A stretch of DNA of 64,000 bases. Origin: Octopus sinensis. Taxonomy: Eukaryota. The translations under genes and the position numbers were made by a program. The notes below the pieces were generated by a model. That model was not told the origin of the DNA. It worked only from the letters and a program-made list of their open reading frames with translations, and ran no database searches. How positions within the stretch are numbered: position 1 is the stretch's first letter; each line of letters starts with the position of its first letter. The DNA lies in the NCBI RefSeq assembly GCF_006345805.1, contig NC_043000.1, forward strand, positions 142,166,001 to 142,230,000, in the 5' to 3' direction. Below, piece by piece: positions 11,704 through 25,252 of this stretch.

Positions 11704-11991
11704 TGTGTTAGTGTGTGTGTGAGTATGCATGAATGTTTGTACATATATACACGGGTTTGACAAAATAATGGAAACATTATCTTGCATCGCAAGTGTAGAA
11801 TGCGCCACATCTGGTGCCTTTTTAAACAGTCCCTTATCATACAATGGCATTTCACTCCATTTCACAAGGTATAGCTCGATACATGTAGCATTCTGGTATT
11901 TTGTAGACAGAACTAATCATAGAATCATTTAGAGATAAATTACACTTACAATCACAAAAATAAATTACAACGACAAAATAATATATAGAAT

Positions 11992-12406
11992 CAGGAGTGG
12001 CTGTGTGGTAAGTAGCTTCTTTACCAGCCACATGGTTCCGAGTTCAGTCCCACTGCGTGACACCTTGGACAAGTGTCTTCTACTATAGCCTAGGGTCGAC
12101 CAAAGCCTTGTGAGTGGATTTGGTAGACGGAAACTGAGAGAAGCCCGTCGTATATATGTATATATATATATAAATATATATGCGTGTGTGTGTTTGTGTA
12201 TCTGTGTTTGTCCCCCTAGCATTGCTTGACAACCGATGCTGGTGTGTTTACGTCCCCGTCACTTAGCGTTTCGGCAAAAGATCCCGATAGAATAAGTACT
12301 GGGCTTACAAAGAATAAGTCCCGGGGTCGATTTGCTCGACTAAAAGGCGGTGCTCCAGCATGGCCGCAGTCAAGTGACTGAAACGAGTAAAAGAGTAAAA
12401 GAGTAA
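11992..12406 (+). mobile_element. tRNA-derived SINE family A, full length
   Basis: A-box-like TGGCTGTGTGGTAAG, B-box-like GTTCAGTCCC, MIR/CORE-like ACCTTGG.CAAGT, internal (TA)/(TG) tract, (AAAAGAGT)n tail; several paralogs in the window. Confidence 0.9.
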
Positions 12407-12859
12407 ATAAATGACACATAGATAAATCATATACCCATAAAATCAGAAGTAAAGACAAATGATAATACAAAAATAGTAATAGGGATCGTTTGGCTATAAA
12501 CTTCTAATATAAGGATTACAACAAAGAAAGAATTAGGCAAACAAGGATAGAAAATTAGAAAGAAAAAGGAGGAGAATAGTTAGACTATAATAAGTTGATA
12601 AATAGAATGCATTTAGTATGTCAACCATCTCTAAACCTATGTAGTATGAATTATGGATGTGTCACTATCTATGGGTTACATTTACATTTAGTATTTTTAT
12701 TACATTTGTTTTTCACTTCTAATTCGTTTATTCTCTGTTTTCGTTCTTTCATAGTTTGAGTTGTCCATCTCTGTCATTTACATGTTTTCAACTTCGTTTA
12801 CTAATGTAAGCTTAAGTTCTATTAGTATTGTGCCTATGTAGATGAATTTAGGTTATCAC

Positions 12860-13470
12860 CAGCAATATATTCGATTATTTTTTCTTTATGACCAGCCCTA
12901 GGTAATGCTCCGTTTTAATAGTGTGCATGTGAGTTAAATACCGTTTCATTAGCTGGAAATCTTGATATTCTGTTCTTTACTCCCCCTTTTATTATAGAGG
13001 GTGGGAGATTAGATTTTACATTTATATACCTCAGTTCTCGTTTGACTTATGTTATGGTTACAATAATACCCGTATCCCTTCTATATTTCACATCAAACAA
13101 AATTTCTTTCGGTAATTATTTTCCGTAGTAACAGACAATCCTAAATTATTGATTAATTTGAATAATTACTATCTATATCTCTCCATTACTGCCTTACCTG
13201 ACCTATCTAGTATGAAGATGGCGAAGCCTTTATAGAAAGCACACTGCACCCAGCCCCCATTACCATCCGGGAAAGCCAAGATTCGATCTGTAACAGGATA
13301 TGTATTCCGACTAGATCCGCGACTTGAGCTGAGATACTAAATCCCATTCCTATATCGAAATCTATCTGGATCCATTGTGCGGCTAGTATAATATCCGCCT
13401 CTGGTTCAGAAAAAATCCTAATTACGCGTAGCAAAAGTTAAAGCCCTCTTTAGGAGAACCGAATTAATAA
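12860..13470 (-). mobile_element. Penelope-like element reverse transcriptase remnant (Naiad-like)
   Basis: FDIGMGFSISAQVADLVGIHIL resembles FDVTMGSxDGAEVCELVG; downstream RYINVKSNLPPSIIK...NRISR..ANETVFN is PLE thumb-like. Confidence 0.7.
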
Positions 13471-13488
13471 AAAATAAATTATTAGTTA

Positions 13489-14190
13489 CACTGAACCGCA
13501 GAAGAAACGCGAGACGTGTGTGGGTGGGTGTGAAATATGCTTTCATTATGTCAGAGATGAATTTTGATAAATTTAATAAAAATCAATTTCTTAGATGCTC
13601 TTTGACCACAGCCTATGGGTCGTTTTTATCTGGTAATGGGGGTATCCAACACATCGAGATTGTAAGGCATGACATATTCAATACCAAGTATGCCCTCCGT
13701 GCATGTTCAAAACCACCATATACCATCAGTACACTGAGTGCATGAGGCGGTCTACAAAAGCTATTGGCACCTGTGCCCACACCTTGAAGAAAACTACCTC
13801 CTGTTCCACATGAGTTGTCGGACTTGGGACCATCTGGTTCAGCCGTCTCTGGATTTCATCCCACATGTTTCCATTCGGGTTCAAATCTGGGCTGAGAGCC
13901 CGCCATGGCATGGGTCTTATGTTGTTCTGATGCAAGAAGTCCATGGTGAACCTGGCCGTGTGAGAGGGAACATTATCCTGCTGGAACACGTGGCTATGGT
14001 GACGCATGAAGAAAGGCATGATGTGAGGTCTTAGGACCGGGTGAACGTAAACCTGGGCTATGATGTCATTCCCTCTACCTGCATCAACATTTTGGAACAT
14101 ATGGGCCCAATTCTCTGATTTAGGCCTATAACACCCCAAATCATGATGCTTTGGCCACTCCACATGTCTCTCTCCATGACACATGCGTCT
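13489..14190 (-). mobile_element. Tc1-like transposon 3' portion with decayed DDE transposase
   Basis: VFQQDNVPSHT...WRALSPDLNPNGNMWDEIQRRL (catalytic E lost); terminus TA-CACTGAACCGCAGAAGAAACG. Confidence 0.85.
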
Positions 14191-16350
14191 CTGTATCGTA
14201 TATCAGCCGAAACGTTGTGTCAACAAATTAGATGAGGACAGATATCCATCAAATGTAAATAATATACATTATGTACATAATACCTCATATCTTAAATATA
14301 GAACCTCATTAAATATGAGTAACGGTGTATTTAATTATTTATATTTCATTATCTATGTTATACCGCACTTAACTCTATGTTGCGTATGCAGATCTCTCTC
14401 TAGAAAACCCACGGAAAATATTTCTAGTTTTCAAAAATATGGGAAAATTGACATTGAATATATGAAAAAGGAATGCTACGCTTTAGAATGTATTCTTATC
14501 ACTAAATAATATAGAATAACATCTTGGGATACATTTTCAGTTATTTGAATAACAAATTAAATCAGACGCACAAACAGAGGTATTTTACATATTTTTTTAA
14601 TATTCTGCTACTACATTTTCTATGATAATGTATTTCACCTTAACTGTGATTACGTTATTTAAAAAAAAATTCGTTTTTGAAATATTTATTTTCTTCTTTG
14701 ATATCCTGATAAAACCTTCATGAACTCTCAGACAGTTATAATGATATTTAGATTTAATATAGTTAACAAAGATTCACACACACGCTGTTGATGATATCTC
14801 TCTATTAGTTATTCAAACGTGTTCTAGCAACAAAATTTCAAAAAAATATTTTATTCATTTTCATTTCTTCCAAGTATATTGGAACATACTGTTTTATTCA
14901 CATCTACATATTGCTAGTATCCAGATATATCATTAATTTCCAATAACATTCTTTATACGCTTGATATTTTTTTCACCAGAAGCTAATTTTTTCTAAGAAG
15001 TGATATAGATAAATTAGCTGGTTGCAAGATAATTAGTGGTGCTTTTCGAAAATCATAGAGATTTTATTTATGTTTTTGTATCATGAGAATGGAAATTATT
15101 TTGAAAAATGTGCTAAAAAGAGTGAATGATGAGTCGTTATTTTCGTTTATTATTCTCTGCTAATGTTGCTTCAAACCTTATTAGATTCCCATAGTTGAGA
15201 AACTGTTCCTAATATAATAATGATTGATATAACAAAGGTCATTTAAATGCCAGACGAGATGCTTAGTGTCTCCAACTAGGATAAAAGCACTTCTTAAAAG
15301 GCGCCATAAACAATAGTGCATTTTGTTTTTCCGGAAATGTGAGAGAGACTATTAGCTTTATCCTATAAAGTGTTAGTCAGTGAGTAGAAGGAATATCGGT
15401 GTAACTATTTTTTCCTTCTTGGATTAGAAAATATGGAGGTCAACAAAAAAAAACAGAAAATAAGACCAAATATATTTCCATAAAAATGTAATTTTGTATA
15501 ACACATTTGCATACTATATTTTTGACAATATTCTGTAAAATAGGTTGAAGTAATAATGACAGACATGCTGTTTCCTCATGATATATTAAATGATCGTTGG
15601 CAGGAGATACTGCTACCATCTAAGGAGAAAAATACGTGAATGGCAAGTTGGTTCAGTTATCAACGTTTTAGTCACGAAATATGAATGTTAGAGTGTGTAG
15701 CATTCTTATAAGTTACCTTTAGGCGATGCAGTATAATTCATAGAATATGAGACTGTTTGCTGCAAGATTTTAGTTCCCCTCGGTCTGAAATCATTCGAAA
15801 GGAGTTCCACGGGTATAAATATAAACATACAATATAATATACAATAACATACATTTACCATTTACATGGTGAAATGTATACTTGTGCACTTTATTTAAAT
15901 AATCTGCTACCTAAGAAATACTCTTAATAGAGATCGGACAAATACAGTTGGGTTTTAATAATGACATCTAATGTGGACACGCCAGCAACTGTGTAAAGCT
16001 ATCGATTCAGCTGATACCATCGCTGCCAGTATTAAACTGATAAGTTCTGTTTGTTTTCTCGACTTCGAAAGGACGAATGGCAAAGCTAACCTCGATAGGT
16101 TTTCAACTCACAATGTAAAGAGCTGGAACCACTATCATAAACTCTATTCCGGTGCTGTAACTATTTTACAATGAAGAGATCGTAGGTGATCGCACTGGAT
16201 CATTACATCCCAGAGGATTTTGCAGTTATAATTTTCTGTAATTCGTTCTGGGTTTTGATCATACCACGGTTTTCCTCTGGGGTTTGTTCACACCACGTCC
16301 TTGTTCTTGGGGTTTATTCATACTACGTTTTACCCTCAGAACACGTCTTT

Positions 16351-16381
16351 GTTATTATTATTACTATTATTATTATTATTA

Positions 16382-16466
<85 letters not shown>

Positions 16467-16485
16467 CATTATTATTATTATTATT
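16351..16485. repeat. (ATT)n microsatellite
   Basis: Directly visible. Confidence 0.95.
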
Positions 16486-17040
16486 GAGTGAGAGAGCAGT
16501 GCATGCCATCAAAGTGACACTGGGGTAAAATATACGAAGCCCAATATACCCATCATGACTACCCGTCTGATAAAGGTACACCAGGCACATGCATCACAAC
16601 CATATGTGCGCGACATGGTGATCTCATATCAAGATAAACAGCACATGACCTAGCAGGTGGGGCCCAGTTAGAATTTTCTTCAGGTTGAGTAGCCCATCCC
16701 GCTCAAAAGGTCTCTGAATAAGGGTTGTTTAAGGATGTTGAAAGAACCACCCATGTTTCCAGAGGTGAATTATTCAAACCCCAAAGAATCCCCCCAAACA
16801 CATGGCCATGATGCTCCCCCATTACTTCTGCTCGTGATCAGAGATGCACATATCGTCAGCCACCAAGGGACATGCTCAACTGGTTAAGGTCAAACAACTG
16901 ACAAGCAAATCTGTGGTATTGAGCAGAATATTTGCTGTAGCCCATCTTTTATACCAAGACAAAACAATGTACATGATAACACTTCCAATCAGTTAAGATC
17001 AGAAGCCATGAGAGCCACTCCCTGGTACTGCATCAGGGCT
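16486..17040 (-). mobile_element. 555-bp non-coding element inserted in (AAT)n
   Basis: Pure (ATT)n on both sides; partial copies at 1778-2150 and 25253-25440; no ORF or tRNA head recognised. Confidence 0.8.
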
Positions 17041-17205
<165 letters not shown>

Positions 17206-17855
17206 TATGGTTATCTTTCATTATACCTTTATTTCAGTTACCTTATTACCGAGCATCCTCCGGAGGCCAAGAGTAGCAAGGGGAAATTTGTTTTGTTATG
17301 CATGCTAAAATTATCACTAGATTTATTTCCATTTTAGATGGAGAGTGCTTTCCATATTATATGGGATTTATCCAAGCAGGTTATCTTTTAACATTCACGG
17401 AAATTGGAGTTACCAGGGAGTTGCTTAATATACTTCTGGAGTCCCAACGCACCAATCACTACTGGTATTATCGTAGTCCTAAGCTTCCACTGTTTTGTGA
17501 TTTCAAATTGCAGACCTTTATAGTGAGAAAACTTTTCGTGTTCCTTTCTTGAGACATTTCCATTTTGTGAGACAGCAATATCTATTAACCGACAAGTTCC
17601 TCTGTTGTATAGTCCACGATCACAATGTCTGGTCGATTGGAGTCAAGTTTTCTCTCTGCTTGTATTGAGAAGCTCCAAAGGATGGTGACGCCTTTGTCAT
17701 TTACTACATCCTCTCTTTGATTCCTGTACCACTTATCATGGTATTTAATGTTGTAGTTTTACAAGCATTCCAGTGGATGTACTGCCCTAGTATGTCGTGT
17801 CTTATGAGGTACTCCTTTTCAACGAGGACTGGGCAGCCAGATACAACATGGTCAA

Positions 17856-17856
<1 letters not shown>
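17206..17856 (-). mobile_element. Dong/R4-like RLE LINE 3' fragment
   Basis: IDHVVSGCPVLVEKEYLIRHDILGQYIHW, SNRPDIVI, IPVVIGALG on the minus strand; flanked by (AAT)n at both ends. Confidence 0.85.
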
Positions 17857-17944
<88 letters not shown>

Positions 17945-17969
17945 TATTATTACTATCATTATTATTACT

Positions 17970-18028
<59 letters not shown>

Positions 18029-18110
18029 CATTATTATTATTATTATTATCATTATTATTATTATTATTATTATTATATTATTATTATCATTATTATTATT
18101 ATTTTTATTA

Positions 18111-18150
<40 letters not shown>

Positions 18151-18160
18151 CATCATTATT

Positions 18161-18216
<56 letters not shown>

Positions 18217-18232
18217 TATTATTATTATTATT
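17857..18232. repeat. compound (ATT)n/(CAT)n microsatellite
   Basis: Directly visible. Confidence 0.95.
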
Positions 18233-18448
18233 AAGGCAGCGAGAGCTGACAGAATCTTTAGTGTGCCAGGCGAAATGCATTACAGTATTTCGTACGTCTT
18301 CACGTTCTGAGTTCAAATTACGCCAAGGTCGACATTACCCTTCAGCTTTTCGGGGGTCAATAAAATAAGTGCCAGTTGAGTACTGAAGTCCATGCAATAG
18401 ACTTACCCCCACACAAAAGTACTGGCGTTGTGCCAGAATTTGAAATCA
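18233..18448 (+). mobile_element. SINE family B, diverged copy
   Basis: AAGGC.GCGAG..CTG.CAGAAT...GAGTTCAAAT...GGTCGAC...TTTCGGGG...AAATAAGT.CCAGT as at 29823. Confidence 0.8.
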
Positions 18449-18974
18449 GAAATATTTCTATTATTATGTAATTTTCACTTCGATCAGGAAATTCTTGCCA
18501 AAATAGAACATCAGTCTTAAGTCCCTGCAGACATGTTCCATAACGATTTGGTACGTAGACGATCGTACAATGTTCAGAAATATTTGGGATATTAATATCA
18601 GCAAGGTTTCACCATAAAACTGGATGGGTCTAAAATATCTAAACATATATATTAAATGCAAGCTGCAAAGGACATTTAAGTATTTAGCTATCACTTTTTA
18701 TACCATTCGGTGTAAGATGATTTATTTCCATATTTCTAAAATATATTTTGTATCCACATGCGACTCTAATGGATCTTATGACTCATACACAGGAATAATC
18801 CTCTTTTGGAAACCATTTCTCGGATTATAAGTTAATGTATTTCTTCCTGAATGAACATAAAGTAGTGCTTTACAAAATGTTCGACATTAAATTGAGATTA
18901 CTGGTGTTTATATATTTCATCTTTTTCCGATGTATGTCTCAATCTATGAATGTTCACGCGCGTGCAGACACACA

Positions 18975-18997
18975 TACATATACATAAATATACATAC

Positions 18998-19032
<35 letters not shown>

Positions 19033-19162
19033 TATATACATGTGTGTGTTTCTGTGTGTATGTGTATATGGCTTTATAAGTTGAGGGAGACGAGTACATA
19101 TGTATGTGCCGTTCTGCATATGGATATGTACGTGTGTGTATGTATGTATGTATATATATATG

Positions 19163-19257
<95 letters not shown>

Positions 19258-19355
19258 TGTGTGTGTGTGGTGTGTGTGTGTGTTGTGTGTGTGTGTGTGT
19301 GTATATAGTTATATTTATATATATAATTTTTCGAATATATATATATATATATACA
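18975..19355. repeat. compound (TA)n/(TG)n microsatellite region
   Basis: Directly visible. Confidence 0.9.
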
Positions 19356-19619
19356 TATGTTTACTGCACTTCTAGCATTATATATTGAAAAGTTTCTTCT
19401 TGAATTTTCGTTACATTAAAGAAACGTGAAATTTGTTTTCATGACAGCGTTTATAACAACATACTAGGTATCTTATTATGTAGCGTATTAGGTAGCTTCT
19501 GGAAATAAATTTAATCTATCATAGATTGTATATTTGTTACAAAATTACCGGTCACAGCTCAAGAAAACTATCCAATCTTTTTCTCCTACCAGTATTTCGG
19601 GAAGGCTCGTGTGTAAGCT

Positions 19620-20005
19620 TCCTCAGACAACGGCTTCAGAGAGTCCCATCAGAATCAATCGTCATTACTGTTGCTGGCTTTATTCCCAAGCTGACCAACC
19701 AAGACTGGATACTATCCAACTGTCTCATTCATGCTCAATGCCTATGTCTCTTCCTGGCTGTCTGAGCTTGAATAATCCGTCTTGCGATATGTCCAGTGAC
19801 ACCTGTCCGTCGTACCGCAACTGTGGCCTTTCAATGCGGAAAAACAGCAACTCTGTCTCAAGATATTCCTTTGTTGCTGTGTTATACTACCTTTCGCATT
19901 TTGTAATTCTAGAAATCCTTCGAAGGAACTTCACTTTGGTAGCGTGTATTCGATATCGTAGTTCTCTGGTCACGAACACATCCGCATAGAAACCGAATTG
20001 AAGAA
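19620..20005 (-). mobile_element. RTE-like LINE C-terminal remnant
   Basis: Minus strand RELRYRIHATKVKFLRRISRIT...NTATKEYL...RIERPQLRYDGQV resembles the RTE C-terminal pattern xIQAxEMKFLRRI...QLRWxGHV. Confidence 0.6.
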
Positions 20006-20701
20006 AGAATATCTCCACTTCTGTAGATTCAAAACTGAAATCATTGATCTACTGTATCAGAACTCGCAATTCTAGCAACCTGCAATAACGTTACGAAATA
20101 CTCCACGTTCTCAGTGAAGATCTCACAACATGCAGTTGGCATTGGGAAAACTCTATTAAGAATAACAATGAGTTAGTTTTAGCCATATTTATTCTTATCT
20201 CAGCCTTGTAGCAGCCAGCGACGAACCCGTTCAGTGTATGCTTCAGTTCACACCTCCTGATGTACTGACTTGCACAATGTTGGCTTCTGAACAATCTAAC
20301 ACGCATTAGTTCTGATATCACTTCTACAACGGATTTGCATGTCAATCCATTTCACAAAAATAAACAAGATGCGACGTGACAATACACACCCATCTCGCAG
20401 TCCATCATTGAAGGTAGAGAGGTTTCGACATACCACTATTTACTCGAATACAAATAGCTGAGCATTCGTAAGAAGACTTCATAGCAGTCAGAAGTTAAAC
20501 ATTATTCTCAAAATTTTGAAAAAGCCCTCCACACGATGTCCCCCGGCACGTTACCTTATAACTCTTCGAGTTCTATATGTACACTTAAGTGTACACTTAA
20601 AAATGCTTTGATTGGAAATATATCTCCCGCTTGGCTCATGTAGTACACTGAGGCACGAAGGGCCGCAGTAGTAAAAATATCCAAGGTTAAGTCATGAGAG
20701 G

Positions 20702-20996
20702 TAGAGGCCAATGGCCCAGTAGTTAGGGCAGCGGACTCGCAGTCGGAGGATCGCAGTTTCGATTCTCAGACCGGGCGTTGTGTGTTTATTGAGCGAAAGC
20801 ACCTAAAAGCTCCACGAGGTTCCGGCAGGGGGGGGGGGCGACTCCTGTTGTACTCTTTCGCCACAACTTGTTCTCACTCTCTCTTCCTGTTTCTGGAGTA
20901 ACGCTGCGATTGACTGGCGTCCCGTCCAGCTGGGGGGAACACGTACCGGGAAAAATGGGCCCATGAGCCTGGCTAAGCTTGAAAAGGGCGGAAAAG
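20702..20996 (+). mobile_element. tRNA(Arg)-like-headed SINE family C
   Basis: Head TGGCCCAGTAGTTAGGG...GACTCGC...GTTTCGATTC with A/B boxes; body GACTGGCGTCCCGTCCAG; probable decayed TSD AGTCATGAGAGG / AGTCATATGAGG. Confidence 0.8.
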
Positions 20997-22807
20997 AGTC
21001 ATATGAGGGCATTGGAATTAATTTGGATTCATTTTGACTTTTAGTCGGCCGATAAATTACTCTGGCAGACCATCTGTCGACTTCAAAACAAGAATCCCTT
21101 TTTACCACACATGTACTTAAGAACTCAGCTTGTGCTCGCTCTACAAGACGTGCATCCTTTGTGTGGCGGAGAATATTATTTGCAGATCTCCGAAATCTAG
21201 TCACAGCAAAATATTCTGATGGACGCAAGAGGTATCTTCGGGTTAAAAAGACATAGGTGAAATTTAAGCTGCTTAAATATGACAAGGCCTTTGAGAATGA
21301 TGAAGCTCAGCCTATGTTAAATGCTTTAAAATGAGAAAGTATTGCAGGATCGCTTTGTTGAACCACTCCTAAGAAATCTACGCAAAGTGACTGTCAAATA
21401 GATGGCGAGAAATCTCTGAGACGGAGCCAGATGAATAACAGTGTTGGATTATATCTGGGCAGCACAACTAGTCAGCTATTTTCTCTACGGCCGGTCTTCG
21501 AGAAAATAGTTTATCATGGCATCCAAAAATATTATTTGCCCCAATATACAGATCATGCACCCGCTACAAACCCTTTCGCTAGTGAAACATCAATGTAAAA
21601 TTTAACTCCGAAAAACAATTACCATCTATAAGGCTACGTTTAATGTTTTCTGCCTCACATACAATGTTATTATCGAAACAAGTAATAGAGCCAATATTTA
21701 CCAAAATGTTAATGAAATGAAAAATTGTTTATTCCTTTAAAAATTCAGCTAGTAATAAATATATTTTGTAGCCGTATATTATTGTTTGTGCTATCGTAAA
21801 GACAGTAATATGACCAAAAGAGTAAATACGTGGTATTTTTATCGATGACTGAATAATATGAGCTATTTTCATAACTAATCTCTCAGAGTAATCGTGTTGC
21901 TATTTAACTGTATGTATAATCATATTTGTATTTCATTTTGTGCATCATATATCTGAGTGCCTTTCTCATATATCCTTTCTGAATTTTGCTTGTAATTTAG
22001 TGTATTTATAAACCGTAGTTTATAAACATTCTATGTTTCGTTTCCCATTCATTGATAACCAAACTAACTGTCTTAGATTTGTATTTTCAGAGATAATAAT
22101 GGCTATAGAGAAGCAACCAATCAAGAAAAGAAACTCGACAGAACATTAGCACCTAATTTCCTCTACATTAGATATGCTGGATGAAAAGAATGTAGAACAC
22201 AGTACCTACCATTACATTTCAAAACCTATTAGCGCTTCCTTATCGGAGTTACCTTAGAATGTTGGTTAAAAGATGTTTATAGATCAGCAGAATTTTAAAT
22301 TCACCGTATATAGAAAATTGAATGTGATACTTGATAAAGCATTTATATATTACAAGGAATATAGAATTTAAAAGTTTATGAGCGCAAAGGACAAGTTCCA
22401 TTTCCATATATGGATCGATAAAATAAAAGCCAATTATTTACCGCTATAAACATACACGGCTAGACCCTTTCTCTGCTGAGTTACGCATGTAAATTTTCCT
22501 AGAAAATTAATATTCTAAAACGTTGTTTGATCTCAGATTTTAGCTTGCGTGAAACACTGTTTGATTAAAGATAAGTTATGATTATAGAGAGTAAACGTAT
22601 CCTCGGCTAACTGTTTGTAATGATCAGCTACACAATGCTATATATCAATCTATGCATGTCGTACGAAATCAAAAACAGCAAAGGTTTCTGGAAGATTCCC
22701 CATAATTTGATGTATGAATATCTTTTGAAGTATATTTTGCATTTCTTTCAAGCCGACATCAATTTCATTACTTTGTAAGTAACAATGTGTCATGTCTTCA
22801 ACTGATC

Positions 22808-22841
<34 letters not shown>

Positions 22842-23039
22842 AATCGTGTTCAGTCTTTTAATTATATACATTTTCAAGTGAGTGTAAGCATAACAATCCT
22901 TAAACTATTTTGTCCTAATAAATAAATACAACGTGCTATTAAGATTCAAAGAAAGCAAACACATTTTCCATGCAAGTGCATCCTTAACTTTGATTAGAAA
23001 CATTTGGGGATTACTTGATATATGTGGTTTCTATTAGTT

Positions 23040-24512
23040 CTCTTATTCGATAGGGTCGGCTATCGCTACTTGGAAGCTGTCCTGAAAGCTAGTAGTTTCG
23101 GACCCATTTTCAGGGGCTGGATCGCTCTAATGCACAGAGGCACCTGTTCAGTGGTCGAAGTAAACGGCCACCTATCGGAGCCGTTTGGCATTGCATGCTC
23201 GGTCCGTCAGGGCTGCCCGTATTGGTACTCGAGCCAGTGCTGCGGAAGATGGAACAGCTAAGAAGCATCCCATAGCAACTGAGACAAAGAAGGGTAGTGC
23301 CAGCATGTGCAGACAACGTCACTGACATAGTGTCAGATACTCCGAAGTGGAGATGTTCGGCACCATCATAAAAGAATATGAATCGGCGGCAGGGGCTAAA
23401 ATCAATGCCGACAAATCAGTTGGTTTGCGGTTGGGCTTCAGGAGAGGGATGAAGATGCCATCGGATTGCGTCGTCGGACGCTGGACCGACGGGCCAGTTA
23501 CAGTGCTTGGGATCTGGTTTGGTCCCGACCTTCACATTGATAAGAACTGGGAGGAGGTGACGAACAGGGTGGCCAGTTTTACCCAGAAATGGGCTGAAAG
23601 AAAACTGCCTCCGTTGTTGTTTATGGCCTGAACATCGTGCCTTGTCCCGGTTACTACTTTTCCAAATTGGAGTGTCTCTTATTTAAATTCTTCTTATTTA
23701 AAGGGACGCGTTTTAATGGTCAAGCGGTAAGTCTGTTGTCAGCATCTCTGAGTGGTGGATTAGGTATGCTGTGGCTCCTAATGCGCAGACACACCCTTAG
23801 GTTAAGCTACCTACAACGATTTCTGGACGGTGAGCGTGCGTGGGATCCTTTTGTGAGACTCGTCTTTCTGAAGCTCTTCTCCTTGATAGATCTGCAGTTC
23901 TGGGTGAAGAGAAGTCTGAAACTACGCGCCTGGCACCTAGAATATCGTCATGCATTCACAACCCTCTACCAGCCGGGCAATGGAATCTGTAGATGTTCTG
24001 CTTTGGAAATTTATAGAGGATTAGTGGCGGGACGTGCAACGGCGTGCTCGGGGAGACTCTGTGCGCCGACAAGAACGAACCGGGTAATCTGTTCCGGATG
24101 ACTTTCCCGTCGGGATCTATCATGGATGATTTCCAGATGTCCTTGGCCTGGCCGTGCTACCGTGGGCACTGCCAGTTTGAGATAAACTCTGTATGCATGG
24201 ATGTTCTGTCCGACTGGCTTGTCCGACGTGCCTGCAGAGTAAGGAAACTGTTCTGCACGCCCTCGTTCAGTGTCCGGGCATTGCTGACTTGAGGGGTTAT
24301 GCTGAACAGCAGCTGTCACGTGTGGTACGGAATTCGTCTGTCAGCCAAGTCTGTAGTGATGATCGCACCACGGCCCTCCTTCAATCGGGCAGGTAAGGCA
24401 CTTTTCCTTTGCCTGGTAGCTGCGGTGAAAGAGGTTCTTTGTTGGACAGTGCTGAAAGGCACAGGGACAGATACATTCCTCTTTGGTACAGCTCTCATTG
24501 ACTTTATAAGGG
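23040..24512 (+). mobile_element. L1/Tx1-like LINE ORF2 pseudogene (RT and C-terminal region)
   Basis: FDRV...FGPIFRGWI...VNGHLSEPF..SVRQGCP, CADNVT (YADD-like), GAKINADKS, LGIWFG, GGLGM, CPTC...ETVLHALVQCP; GC-rich island with many frameshifts. Confidence 0.85.
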
Positions 24513-24514
24513 TC

Positions 24515-25252
24515 TAATCTGTGCTGCCCAAGAGCAAGCACCAAGAACAAACTACATAGAATACAGAATAAATAGCACATTAGAAAGTGATAATTACAGA
24601 ATCTGTGGACAAAACGGTGCAACCGCATGGCATATTACCAGCCAATGTACGTCACTAGACCAGAAGGAATATCAGAGACGTCACGGCATTATAGCCAGGC
24701 ATTTTTATTGGACACTTTGCAACAAGTATGGACTTGACAGAGCAAAAATTTGGTAAGACTACAAACCTAAAAGCATTTTTGAAAATAGAAATGCAAAGAT
24801 CCTATGGGATTTTATGATTCAGTGCGATTATGAGATAGAGAATAGGAAGCCGGACATAGTCTTAATTGAGAAAGAAAACTATGCTGGATCATAGATATAG
24901 TATACCCAGCTGACAACAAGGTATGCTATAAGGAAGAAATGTCGAGAGATGTGACAGGTTAGCTTGGGAAGTTATGTAGTTGAGGTCAAGGAAGAGGGTA
25001 GCAGTAGTACCAATAATTCTCAGAGACCTGGGAACAGTGAGCAGCAATCTCGAGAAGTACGTGGAACAAATAGGGGCTGCAATAAGTGTCGAGCACTTGC
25101 AGAAAACAGCACTGCTTCGAACCGCTCAAATACTCAGGAAGGTGCTGGAAAAATAAGAGGTGTTACCTTAGTTCACTTGTTGGGAACAGCTGACACTGTT
25201 GTACATCTCCAGCGTTAGCAGCTGCGTAAATGTAAGAATAATAATAATAATA
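24515..25252 (+). mobile_element. Dong/R4-like RLE LINE 3' fragment with (AAT)n tail
   Basis: AQEQAPRTNY, RICGQNG, EYQRRH, KILWDFMIQCD..IENRKPDIVLIEK. Confidence 0.85.

Noticed and set aside
20704-20775. tRNA gene
   Set aside because: Acceptor and anticodon stems are broken and it continues into a SINE body with a probable TSD.
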